Below, piece by piece: positions 45,914-54,856 of a DNA stretch of 64,000 nt. Made by a program: the position numbers and the translations under genes. Positions within the stretch are counted from its first letter, which is position 1. Every line of letters starts with the position of its first letter. The notes beneath the pieces were generated by a model. That model was not told the DNA's origin, ran no database searches, and saw nothing but the letters and a program-made list of their open reading frames with translations. Source of the DNA: an uncultured bacterium (GTDB taxonomy: Bacteria; Krumholzibacteriota; Krumholzibacteriia; LZORAL124-64-63); NCBI GenBank assembly GCA_963727525.1, contig CAVSGO010000007.1, positions 768,001 to 832,000 on the forward strand, read 5' to 3'.

Positions 45914-48496
45914 ATGTCAGACACGCCCAGGCAATCGTCCTCGTTTTCCGGGGTCCGGCAGGCCGTCTTGCTGGGCCTTTTTACGGGTACGGGGTGCGGG
46001 CTCGGCGTCCTGCTGTCCGGGGTTCCCAACGTGGAACTGATCACCCTCACGTCGGTTCTCGCCGGCGTTGCGCTCGGTCCGGTCGGCGGGCTCGTCGCCG
46101 GCGCGCTGGCCGAGGCGGCGTACTCGCTCGCCAGTCCCTATGGCGTTGCCCTGCCGGTGCTGTTCGTGGCGCAGGTGGTCGGCATGGGCCTGGCCGGGCT
46201 CGTGGGCGGGCTGACGGCGCCACCGCTGCTGCGTTTGCTCGCGCAGCGCCGACGGCTCGTGACCGGCGTCCTGGCGGCGACCCTGGGAGCAGCGACGACC
46301 GTGGTCTTCGACCTCCTCACCAACCTGGCAATCGGTCTCGCCACCGACATCGACTTGCGCGTCGCTCTCGCGGGCGGCATCGTGTTCGCGTTGCTGCACG
46401 TCGGCGCGAACTCGCTCGTCTTCGGCGCGCTCTGGCCCCTGCTCGCGCCGCGGGTGCGGCGGTTGCGCGCGCCCAGTCTGCGCGTCCAGGTGGTGGCCTG
46501 GCTCGCACTCGGGGTGTTCGCTTGCGCGGCGCCGGGGCGGGCGCAGCTCGCGCCGGTGCTGGCCGACTCCGACACGGCGATCGCCGTCGTGGATACCGCG
46601 GCCGCGATCGCGGCGATGGACACGCTCGGCGCCGTCGCCGATACGACGAGGACCTTCGCGGGCGTCGACACGACGACGGCCGTGCCCGACACCGCGGCCA
46701 TCCTCGTCACCACGCCGCCCGCGGTGCGCACGGTGCGCGGCTGGCGCCGCCCGTTGTGGGAGCCGTTCTACTCGTCACTGCGCGAGGACCTCGCGCGGCG
46801 GTCGCAGTGGCTGGCCGTCGCCGACGGCGGCTTCGGCGCGCGGGTCTTCCTCGCCGGCGAACCCGGCACGTCATTTTTCCCCACGGTGCTGCGGGACGGT
46901 TTGCCGGTGCTCGTGGGGCATCGCTTCCTCGACGACGTCGAGAGCGTGCCCATCACCGGCACGCGGCTCGGCGCCACGACCTTCGGCCTCGACGGCTGGG
47001 GCGGTACCGACGGCGTCGTGAGGCGCAACGAAGCCGACCTGCGCCCCGATGCAGCCTTCACCGATACGCGCTGGCACGCAGGTTCGCAGCAAGATCTCTT
47101 CCGCAGCGTCCACCTGCTGACGGCCGTGGCGCCGTGGCGCGTGGGGCTGGATATCGAGGAGCACCTGAACGACGAGGCCTACGATTTCCGTACGCCTGGC
47201 GAGACCCGCTATTCCGGACTTGCTGATGCGGAGGTGGCCGGCTTCCCGGGGCGGGCGAAGTTCCGCAGCGGGCGCGGCGTGCTACGGCGCTATCTCGACT
47301 TGCAGACCAGCCTCACCGTCTCGGTCGAGGATGTGCGCAAGCTGAAGAACGCGTTGCCGGCCTTCGATGCGACCGAGCAGGATCTCTGGCGCCACACCTT
47401 CGCGGTCGACTGGCGTGAGCCGGGGTTGCGGGCGGCCGCGTACACCATCGACGAAGCAGTCGACTGGAATCGCCCTGCCAGCAGCGGCAACCCGCCGCCC
47501 GCGCGCAAGCTCGAGGGCGGGCGTGAGGGAATCCTGCTCACGCTCGGCGACGGTCTGTTGAGATTCACCGCTGAGCGCTGGACCCTCGCGGATACCGGCG
47601 CCGACACGAGCTGGGCGCCCGACGACGCGGGACCGGTGGACGGCAGCGGTGCGTCGACCAACCTCGGCGCGGCACGCGCATGGACCGTGGGCCCGGCGCG
47701 GCTGGCGGCGACGGCGGCGGCGCGCTGGGACGACGGCGCCGGCTGGGCGCCGGAAGCCGCGGTGCACGTCGCGTCGGCGGACTCGCTGCCGTGGTGGACG
47801 GTGTCGCTCGAGCGCGGCGGTCGGGCGCCGCGCAGTGACGAACGGTTGACGGCCTGGCGTTTCGCGGCGCCGGAGCGCATCGACACGGTGGTGCTGCCAG
47901 GACACGGTCTCGCGCGGGAACGCACGTGGCGCGGGGTGGCGGCGCTGCAGCGGCGCGTGGCTGGCCTCGATGTTGCCTTGTCGGCCGCCTATCGCCGTCT
48001 CGAAGACGGCATCGGCTGGCGGGCGCAGGACGGCACCCGCACCGGACGCTGGGCCAACGGGCTCGACCTGCGGTCGCACACGATACGCGCCGGTCTCAGC
48101 CGAGAGGGTCGCTTCCTCGGCTGGGTCCGCGTGCAGGCTGACGCGGCCTGGCGCGGCTGGACCCGGGACGGCGACGTGCGCATCGCACTACCGCCGCGCC
48201 AGGACTGGCAGGTGGGCGTGCTGTGGGAGAATCACTTCTTCGACGAGGACGGCATCCTGCAGGTGGGATGGTTCCTCGACCATCGCGGCGAGATGGACGA
48301 CCCGTGGTATCTCGCGCGCCGGATCGTGCTGCCGGCAACGACGCAGCAGGACCTCGTCCTCGGCTTCCGGCTCGTAGGCACCAACCTCGGCATCGCCTTG
48401 CTCAATCTCACCGACCAGCGTGTGCTCACGAGCGCGGGCTCGCTCACGGATGGACGCCAGATGCGCTGGCGCCTGCACTGGACCTTCCTCTTCTAG
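45914..48496 (+). CDS. Fusion: ECF-type S-component (6 TM) + internal signal peptide + TonB-receptor-like outer-membrane barrel
   Basis: Single uninterrupted ORF. N-terminal GVPNVELIT and six hydrophobic helices, then RVRRLRAPSLRVQVVAWLALGVFACAAPGRA-Q, plug-like segment (VLRDGLPV, GGTDGVV), and amphipathic strands ending RWRLHWTFLF. Confidence 0.75.
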   Translation: MSDTPRQSSSFSGVRQAVLLGLFTGTGCGLGVLLSGVPNVELITLTSVLAGVALGPVGGLVAGALAEAAYSLASPYGVALPVLFVAQVVGMGLAGLVGGLTAPPLLRLLAQRRRLVTGVLAATLGAATTVVFDLLTNLAIGLATDIDLRVALAGGIVFALLHVGANSLVFGALWPLLAPRVRRLRAPSLRVQVVAWLALGVFACAAPGRAQLAPVLADSDTAIAVVDTAAAIAAMDTLGAVADTTRTFAGVDTTTAVPDTAAILVTTPPAVRTVRGWRRPLWEPFYSSLREDLARRSQWLAVADGGFGARVFLAGEPGTSFFPTVLRDGLPVLVGHRFLDDVESVPITGTRLGATTFGLDGWGGTDGVVRRNEADLRPDAAFTDTRWHAGSQQDLFRSVHLLTAVAPWRVGLDIEEHLNDEAYDFRTPGETRYSGLADAEVAGFPGRAKFRSGRGVLRRYLDLQTSLTVSVEDVRKLKNALPAFDATEQDLWRHTFAVDWREPGLRAAAYTIDEAVDWNRPASSGNPPPARKLEGGREGILLTLGDGLLRFTAERWTLADTGADTSWAPDDAGPVDGSGASTNLGAARAWTVGPARLAATAAARWDDGAGWAPEAAVHVASADSLPWWTVSLERGGRAPRSDERLTAWRFAAPERIDTVVLPGHGLARERTWRGVAALQRRVAGLDVALSAAYRRLEDGIGWRAQDGTRTGRWANGLDLRSHTIRAGLSREGRFLGWVRVQADAAWRGWTRDGDVRIALPPRQDWQVGVLWENHFFDEDGILQVGWFLDHRGEMDDPWYLARRIVLPATTQQDLVLGFRLVGTNLGIALLNLTDQRVLTSAGSLTDGRQMRWRLHWTFLF

Positions 48497-48530
48497 CTTG
48501 CCCCTGGCACGCCGCCACGTGGGGACGGTC

Positions 48531-48974
48531 ATGACGCGGCGTGAGGCCGCAGCCCTGCTCGTGGCAGCCGCGCTCATCCTCGCCGGGCGCGGGCTGCGGC
48601 ACTGGCTGCTCGTGGGGCCCGACGGAGCCTGGCGAGATCCCGAATGGCTCGCTACGGCCCTGCCGCCGCTGGAGTCGGAGTCACCCGACCCCGAGCCCGC
48701 GCGTGCTGTCCTCATGGGCCCCCTGGCCGTCAACACCTGCCCTGCGGAGTCCCTCGTCGCCTTACCGGGCGTCGGACCCGTGCTCGCCGGGCGCATCGCA
48801 ACCGCCCGCGAGCAGGGCGTGCGTTTTGCAAACCTCGACGACCTCCAGCAGATCAAGGGCATTGGCCCGCGCCTCGCCGCGAAACTCGCGCCCTGGGTCG
48901 TATTCGGCCCGTTCGCGGCCACCGACACGTGCCGGGCGCAGCCTGCAATGCCACCCCCCGCCCGGGTCCCGTGA
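48531..48974 (+). CDS. comEA: ComEA-like helix-hairpin-helix DNA-binding membrane protein
   Basis: N-terminal MTRRE+TM, VNTCPAESLVALPGVGPVLAGRI and FANLDDLQQIKGIGPR HhH motifs. Confidence 0.85.
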   Translation: MTRREAAALLVAAALILAGRGLRHWLLVGPDGAWRDPEWLATALPPLESESPDPEPARAVLMGPLAVNTCPAESLVALPGVGPVLAGRIATAREQGVRFANLDDLQQIKGIGPRLAAKLAPWVVFGPFAATDTCRAQPAMPPPARVP

Positions 48975-49094
48975 TTGCTGGGATTCTGCCCTCAAGGCCA
49001 CGGCGTATTGCGACGATATGAGGCCTGATCGGGTTGCCGTAGGAACGGTCAGCCACGACCACGCCTCATGTGTCCCGGAGTGGAGTACCCGCCC

Positions 49095-50792
49095 ATGAAC
49101 ACTGGCACCGCCGTGAACGTCAGGGACAAGATCGCCAATCGCCTGCTCGAGGCCGGGCTCGTCGACCAGGCCCAGCTCGCGCAGGCGATCGAGCAGCAGA
49201 AGAAGGACGGCGGCACGCTCGGCCAGATCCTCGTGCGCATCGGCGCCGTGGACGAGGCGAGGTACACGGAGTTCCTCGGCAAGGTCTATAATCTGCCGGT
49301 GGTCGATCTCGACAAGCTGCCTGTGGCCGACGACTGCATTGCGCTCATTCCCGCCGACGTGGCCGCGAAGTTCCAGGTGCTGCCGGTGCGGCGTCAGGGC
49401 CGCGTGCTCACCGTCGCCATGGCGAATCCGAGCAACATCTTCGCGATCGACGACATCAAGTTCATCACCAGCCTCGACGTGCGACCGGTGGTGGCGAGCG
49501 AGTTGGCTCTCAAGAAGGCCATCGACAAGTACTACCAGCCCACCGATTCGCTGTCTTCGATCATGGAAGGCATCGAGGACGATATCGAGATCGTCGAGGA
49601 GAGCGACGAGGACGATCTCGGCAACAACGACGCGCAGAACGCGCCGGTGGTGAAGCTCGTCAACACGCTGCTCGCCGAAGCGGTGAAGATTGGCGCCAGC
49701 GATATCCACATCGAACCGTATGAGCGCAGCATGCGCGTGCGCTACCGCATCGACGGCGTGTTGCAGGAAGTGATGGAGCCGCCGATCAAGCTGAAGAACG
49801 CCATCATCAGCCGCCTGAAGATCATGTCCGAGCTGGACATCGCCGAGCGCCGCATCCCGCAGGATGGCCGCATCAAGATCAAGATCGGCGACAAGAAGGT
49901 GGACCTGCGTGTCTCCACCTTGCCCTGCATCTTCGGCGAGAAGGTCGTGATGCGTATCCTCGACAAGGGGAACCTCACCCTCGACCTCGCCAGCTTCGGC
50001 ATGGAAGACAAGGCGCTGCGCGACGTCAACGAGGCGATCGCCAAGCCCTACGGCATGGTGCTCGTCACGGGCCCCACAGGCTCCGGCAAGACGACCACCC
50101 TGTACTCCTGCCTCTCGCGCGTGAACAACATCGACGTCAACATCATGACGGCCGAGGACCCCGTGGAATACAACCTTGACGGCATCAACCAGGTGCAGGT
50201 GCGCGACGAGGTGGGGCTCACCTTCGCCGCCGCGCTCAAGGCCTTCCTGCGGCAGGACCCGAACATCGTGATGGTCGGCGAGATCCGCGATCTCGAGACG
50301 GGCTCCATCGCGGTGAAGGCGGCGCTTACCGGTCACCTCGTGTTTTCGACGCTGCACACCAACGACGCGCCGGCCACCGTGAACCGTATGGTCGACATGG
50401 GCATCGAGCCGTTCCTCGTGGCGTCGTCAACCAACATCATCATGGCCCAGCGCCTCGTGCGCCGGATCTGCAAGGGTTGTCGGGAAGAAGATGCGGTGCC
50501 CCCGGAGGCGCTGTCGGACATCGGCCTCGCCCCGGGCACCAAGGTCTTTAAGGGCAAGGGCTGCGAGAAGTGCAAGGGCTCGGGCTACTCGGGTCGGCAA
50601 GGGCTCTACGAAGTGATGCCCATCACCTCGCGTTTGCGCGAGCTGATCCTCGACCGAGCCTCGACCGCCGAGCTGCGCAAGCAGGCCATCGCGGACGGCA
50701 TGCTCACGCTCCGTCAGGATGGGCTGAAGAAGATCGAACGAGGTATCACGACCATCGCAGAGGTCCTGCGCGAGACCACGGTGCAGGACTAG
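49095..50792 (+). CDS. pilB: Type IV pilus assembly ATPase
   Basis: ASDIHIEP, LDIAERRIPQDGRI, GPTGSGKTTT, EDPVE, LRQDPNIVMVGEIRD, TLHTN, tetracysteine zinc motif. Confidence 0.96.
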   Translation: MNTGTAVNVRDKIANRLLEAGLVDQAQLAQAIEQQKKDGGTLGQILVRIGAVDEARYTEFLGKVYNLPVVDLDKLPVADDCIALIPADVAAKFQVLPVRRQGRVLTVAMANPSNIFAIDDIKFITSLDVRPVVASELALKKAIDKYYQPTDSLSSIMEGIEDDIEIVEESDEDDLGNNDAQNAPVVKLVNTLLAEAVKIGASDIHIEPYERSMRVRYRIDGVLQEVMEPPIKLKNAIISRLKIMSELDIAERRIPQDGRIKIKIGDKKVDLRVSTLPCIFGEKVVMRILDKGNLTLDLASFGMEDKALRDVNEAIAKPYGMVLVTGPTGSGKTTTLYSCLSRVNNIDVNIMTAEDPVEYNLDGINQVQVRDEVGLTFAAALKAFLRQDPNIVMVGEIRDLETGSIAVKAALTGHLVFSTLHTNDAPATVNRMVDMGIEPFLVASSTNIIMAQRLVRRICKGCREEDAVPPEALSDIGLAPGTKVFKGKGCEKCKGSGYSGRQGLYEVMPITSRLRELILDRASTAELRKQAIADGMLTLRQDGLKKIERGITTIAEVLRETTVQD

Positions 50793-50802
50793 GAGGCCAC
50801 AC

Positions 50803-51879
50803 GTGACCGGAATGCGCGAACTTCTCGAGGACATGGTCGCCCGCGGCGCGAGCGACCTGCACCTCACGGCCGGACTCCCCCCGCAGTACCGCGTGGACGG
50901 AAGCATCGAGTCGAGCGACTACGCTGTGCTCACGGGGGAGGACACGCGGCGGCTCGCCTATAGCATCCTCAACGAGGAGCAGAAGAAACGCTTCGAGAAC
51001 GACCGCGAGCTCGACCTCTCCTTCGGTGTGCAGGGGATCAGCCGCTTCCGCGCGAACGTCTTCATCCAGCGCGGAGTGACGAGCATGGCCATCCGGCAGA
51101 TCCCTTACGAGATACACAGCTTCGAGGCACTCGGGCTGCCGCAGGTGTGCCGTGACCTGATCAATCGCAGCCAGGGACTCATCCTGGTGACCGGCCCCAC
51201 CGGTAGCGGCAAGTCGACCACACTGGCCACCATGGTCGACACGATCAACCGTAGCCGCAGCGGCCACATCATCACCATCGAGGACCCGATCGAGTACGTG
51301 CACCAGCACAAGAAGTGCATCGTCAACCAGCGCGAGGTCAACAACGACACCAAGACCTTCGGGGGCGCGCTCAAGTACGTGTTGCGCCAGGATCCCGACG
51401 TCATCCTCATCGGTGAGATGCGCGACCGCGAGACGATCGCGGCGGCCCTCACCATCGCGGAGACGGGCCACCTCGCCCTCGCCACGCTGCACACGAACAG
51501 CACGTTCGAGTCGGTGAACCGTATCATCGACGTATTCCCGGCCGAGCAGCAGAACCAGGTGCGTTCGCAGCTAAGCTTCTGTCTCTCGGGGGTCATCACT
51601 CAGCAGCTCATCCCGCGGGCGAAGGGTTCGGGGCGCGTCCTGTCGCTTGAGATCATGATCTGCACTCCAGCCGTGAAGGCCATGATCCGCGACAACAAGA
51701 CGCATCAGATCTACGGCATCATCCAGGCCGGTCAGAAGTACGGCATGCAGACGATGAATCAGTCGCTCTATCAGGCGTACGAGAATCGCTGGATCTCGCG
51801 CGAAGAGGCCCTCGGACGCAGCATGGACCAATCGGAACTGCTGCAGATGATGGGCGAACCCGCGAAGGTCGGCGTCTAG
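50803..51879 (+). CDS. pilT: Type IV pilus retraction ATPase
   Basis: ASDLHL, RFRANVF, GPTGSGKSTT, EDPIE, LRQDPD, AETGHL and GMQTM motifs. Confidence 0.95.
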   Translation: MTGMRELLEDMVARGASDLHLTAGLPPQYRVDGSIESSDYAVLTGEDTRRLAYSILNEEQKKRFENDRELDLSFGVQGISRFRANVFIQRGVTSMAIRQIPYEIHSFEALGLPQVCRDLINRSQGLILVTGPTGSGKSTTLATMVDTINRSRSGHIITIEDPIEYVHQHKKCIVNQREVNNDTKTFGGALKYVLRQDPDVILIGEMRDRETIAAALTIAETGHLALATLHTNSTFESVNRIIDVFPAEQQNQVRSQLSFCLSGVITQQLIPRAKGSGRVLSLEIMICTPAVKAMIRDNKTHQIYGIIQAGQKYGMQTMNQSLYQAYENRWISREEALGRSMDQSELLQMMGEPAKVGV

Positions 51880-51894
51880 TCGGGAGGTCGAGGT

Positions 51895-53112
51895 TTGGCT
51901 GCAACCACCACATACATCTGGAAGGGCCGCAGCGCCAAGGGCGAGGAGCTCAAGGGCGAGTACGTGGCCGAGGATCGGCGCCATGTCGGCGAGTACCTGC
52001 GCAAGCGCCGCATCGTCATCCAGTCGATCCGCAAGAAGCCGAAGGACATCACGCTGTCCTTTTTGCAGAAGAAGGGCGTGTCGGTCAAGGACCTCAGCGT
52101 CTTCACGCGCCAGTTCGCGACCATGGTCAACGCCGGACTGCCGCTCGTGCAGTGTCTCGACGTGCTGGCGCGCCAGCAGACGAAGCCGCACATGAAGGCC
52201 GTCGTCTCCCAGGTCATGATGGACGTGGAGGGTGGGGCCACGCTGGCCGAGGGGCTAGCGAAGGCGCCGAACGTGTTCTCCGAGCTGTATGTCAACATGA
52301 TCGCGGCCGGTGAGACGGGTGGTATCCTCGATACGATCCTGCAACGCCTGGCCGTATTCATGGAGAAAGCCGACGCCCTGCAGCGCAAGATCAAGGGCGC
52401 GATGACCTACCCGGCGATCGTGCTCTTCGTGGCCACGGGCGCCTGCATCTTCATGCTCATCGGCGTGATCCCGATCTTCGCCAAGATGTTCTCCGACTTC
52501 GGCGGCGAGCTGCCGGCACCCACACGCGTGGTCATGGGCATGTCCAACTTCCTGCGCCAGAACTGGTACATTCTGGTGGCCGTGGCGGTCGCGTGCGTCT
52601 TCGCCTACAAGCGCGTGCGCGCGAATCCGCGCGGGCAGTACATCACCGACAAGCTCTTCCTGCGCATCCCGATCATCGGCAACGTCCTGCGCAAGGGTTC
52701 CGTGAGCCGCTTCACGCGCACCCTCGGCACGCTCATCGGTTCGGGCGTGCCCATTCTGCAGGGCCTCGAGATCACCTCCAAGACCTCGGGCAACCGTGTG
52801 CTGCAGGAGGCCATCGAGAACGTGAGCCGCAGCATCAGCCAGGGCGAGACCATCGCGGACCCACTCAAGCGCAGCGGTGTGTTCCCGCCCATGGTGGTGC
52901 AGATGATCGGCATCGGCGAGCAGACCGGCGCCCTCGACGAGATGCTCTCGAAAGTCGCCGACTTCTACGACGACGAGGTGGACGCCGCGGTCGAGGCGCT
53001 CACGGCCGCGATCGAGCCCATCATGATCGTCGTCATGGGTACCATGGTCGGCGGCATGCTGGTCGCCATGTACCTGCCCATGTTCAAGATGGCCAGCGTG
53101 GTCGGAGGCTAA
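51895..53112 (+). CDS. pilC: Type IV pilus platform protein (T2SSF family)
   Basis: FTRQFATMVNAGLPL, AGETGGILD, AMTYP, GEQTGALDEML, IEP and MYLPMF motifs. TTG start. Confidence 0.95.
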   Translation: MAATTTYIWKGRSAKGEELKGEYVAEDRRHVGEYLRKRRIVIQSIRKKPKDITLSFLQKKGVSVKDLSVFTRQFATMVNAGLPLVQCLDVLARQQTKPHMKAVVSQVMMDVEGGATLAEGLAKAPNVFSELYVNMIAAGETGGILDTILQRLAVFMEKADALQRKIKGAMTYPAIVLFVATGACIFMLIGVIPIFAKMFSDFGGELPAPTRVVMGMSNFLRQNWYILVAVAVACVFAYKRVRANPRGQYITDKLFLRIPIIGNVLRKGSVSRFTRTLGTLIGSGVPILQGLEITSKTSGNRVLQEAIENVSRSISQGETIADPLKRSGVFPPMVVQMIGIGEQTGALDEMLSKVADFYDDEVDAAVEALTAAIEPIMIVVMGTMVGGMLVAMYLPMFKMASVVGG

Positions 53113-53113
53113 C

Positions 53114-54769
53114 GTGTTCGACCTCGACGCACGGCGGACCCAGGACCAGACCACGTCGCTCACGGCGTGGCGCGCCCTGCTCGCAATGTTCCTCACAGCC
53201 GCCGGGTTTGTGATCTACGCGCTGAATAGCGACCAGGTGGGCGCGGTCGCGGTGCTGGTATCCCTGATGCCCGTGGCGTTCGGCTTCGCCCTCGAGCCGC
53301 TGGGCGCGCGCGTGGGCTGGCTGCCGCGGCGTCGTCATGCAGTGCAGATCTCCCTCGACGTGCTCGGCATTGCGAGCCTCAGCCTGGTGACGGGTTCGGC
53401 GGTGACGGCGATCCCGGTCTTCTTCTGTGTGCCCATCGTGCTGTCCGCCGGCTGGCTCGGACGCACGGAAGCCGTGGCGGCCGCGGCCTGGGCCGCCCTC
53501 TTCGCCGTGCTCGTGCCGCTGGTGGGGCGTCATCCCGACGCCGCGGCATCGGCGCTGTTCGTGGCCACGGTGCAGGCTGCGGTGTTCCTGGCCATCGGCC
53601 TCGTGGCCGGCGGCCTCGCCGATCGTCTGCAAGCGCGGCGTCGACGTCAGGCGCGCGCAGAGATGTCGATGGCGCGCACCCGCAGCGAGGTGCGCAACAT
53701 CCTCGACAACCTCGGCAGTGGACTCATCACGGTCGATCCCGAGCACCGGATCACGCGCCTCAATCCGGCCGCGCAGCGGATGCTCGGCCTGCCCGGCGAC
53801 GAACCCATCGGCCACGCGCTGAGCGACGTGCTCGGCGACAGCCGCCAGGAACTGGTGGCGTGCATCGATGCGGCGCTCGAGAGCGGTCGGCCGCGCAAGC
53901 GTGCGGAAGTGGAGATCGCTGTCGGCGGTGTGGTCGTTCCGCTAGGCCTGAGCGTCGATTTCCTCGATGACGGCTCGGGGAGCGTGGGCGGTGCGGTGGC
54001 GGTGTTCACCGACCTCACCGAGGTGCGGCGGATGCAGGAACACCTGCGTCGGGCCGATCGGCTCGCCGGTGTCGGCGAGCTCGCGGCGAGCATCGCCCAC
54101 GAGATCCGCAACCCTTTGGCCAGCATCCGCGGCAGCGTGGAGATCCTGGCCGGCGAGCTGGACCTGGAAGGGCATCAGGCGCAGTTGCTGAAGCTCATCC
54201 TCAAGGAGAGCGGCCGCGTCAACAAGATCATCGAGGACTTCCTGAACTTCGCCCGCCTGCGGCCCGCCCAGGCCCGAGCGCTGCCCCTGCCCAGCTTCCT
54301 CGCCGACATCGCCCTGCTCGTGCGCCAGCACGTCACCGCGAGCGACGGCGCGGTGGACGTGCAGTGTACGGTCGACCCGCCCCACCTCGCCGTGCTCGCC
54401 GACCCGGAGCAGCTCATCCAGGTGCTGCTGAACCTGGCGATCAACGGCTGCGAGGCGATGCAGTACCGCGGCGTCCTGAACGTGACGGCTCGCAGCAATG
54501 GCGACTGGTGCATCATCGAGGTGACCGACGAGGGCCCGGGCCTCGACCCGGAGGTCCGTTCGCAGGTCTTCACCCCGTTCGTGACGACGAAGAAGCACGG
54601 CACCGGCCTGGGACTGCCCATGGTCGCGCGCATCGTGCACGGCCACGGCGGTACCGTCGAGGCCAACAACCGCCCGCAGGGCGGCGCCATCTTCACCTTG
54701 CGTCTGCCGCTCGCCCCGGAAGCCGCGCAAACCACGCCGGAGACCCAACCGGCGACGATCTCGCAATGA
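53114..54769 (+). CDS. pilS: PAS-domain sensor histidine kinase, PilS-like
   Basis: Six N-terminal TMs, PAS domain, H-box AHEIRNPLASI, NLAING, DEGPG, FVTTK, GTGLGL. Position matches Myxococcus/Geobacter pilS. Confidence 0.88.
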   Translation: MFDLDARRTQDQTTSLTAWRALLAMFLTAAGFVIYALNSDQVGAVAVLVSLMPVAFGFALEPLGARVGWLPRRRHAVQISLDVLGIASLSLVTGSAVTAIPVFFCVPIVLSAGWLGRTEAVAAAAWAALFAVLVPLVGRHPDAAASALFVATVQAAVFLAIGLVAGGLADRLQARRRRQARAEMSMARTRSEVRNILDNLGSGLITVDPEHRITRLNPAAQRMLGLPGDEPIGHALSDVLGDSRQELVACIDAALESGRPRKRAEVEIAVGGVVVPLGLSVDFLDDGSGSVGGAVAVFTDLTEVRRMQEHLRRADRLAGVGELAASIAHEIRNPLASIRGSVEILAGELDLEGHQAQLLKLILKESGRVNKIIEDFLNFARLRPAQARALPLPSFLADIALLVRQHVTASDGAVDVQCTVDPPHLAVLADPEQLIQVLLNLAINGCEAMQYRGVLNVTARSNGDWCIIEVTDEGPGLDPEVRSQVFTPFVTTKKHGTGLGLPMVARIVHGHGGTVEANNRPQGGAIFTLRLPLAPEAAQTTPETQPATISQ

Positions 54770-54856
54770 TCGCGGAAGGCCCGTCAAGCAGCGCCGCCGC
54801 GTGTCGATAACGGGGCACGCCCCAGAGTCTCGCCGATTGCGTAGAGGAGTTTCACG

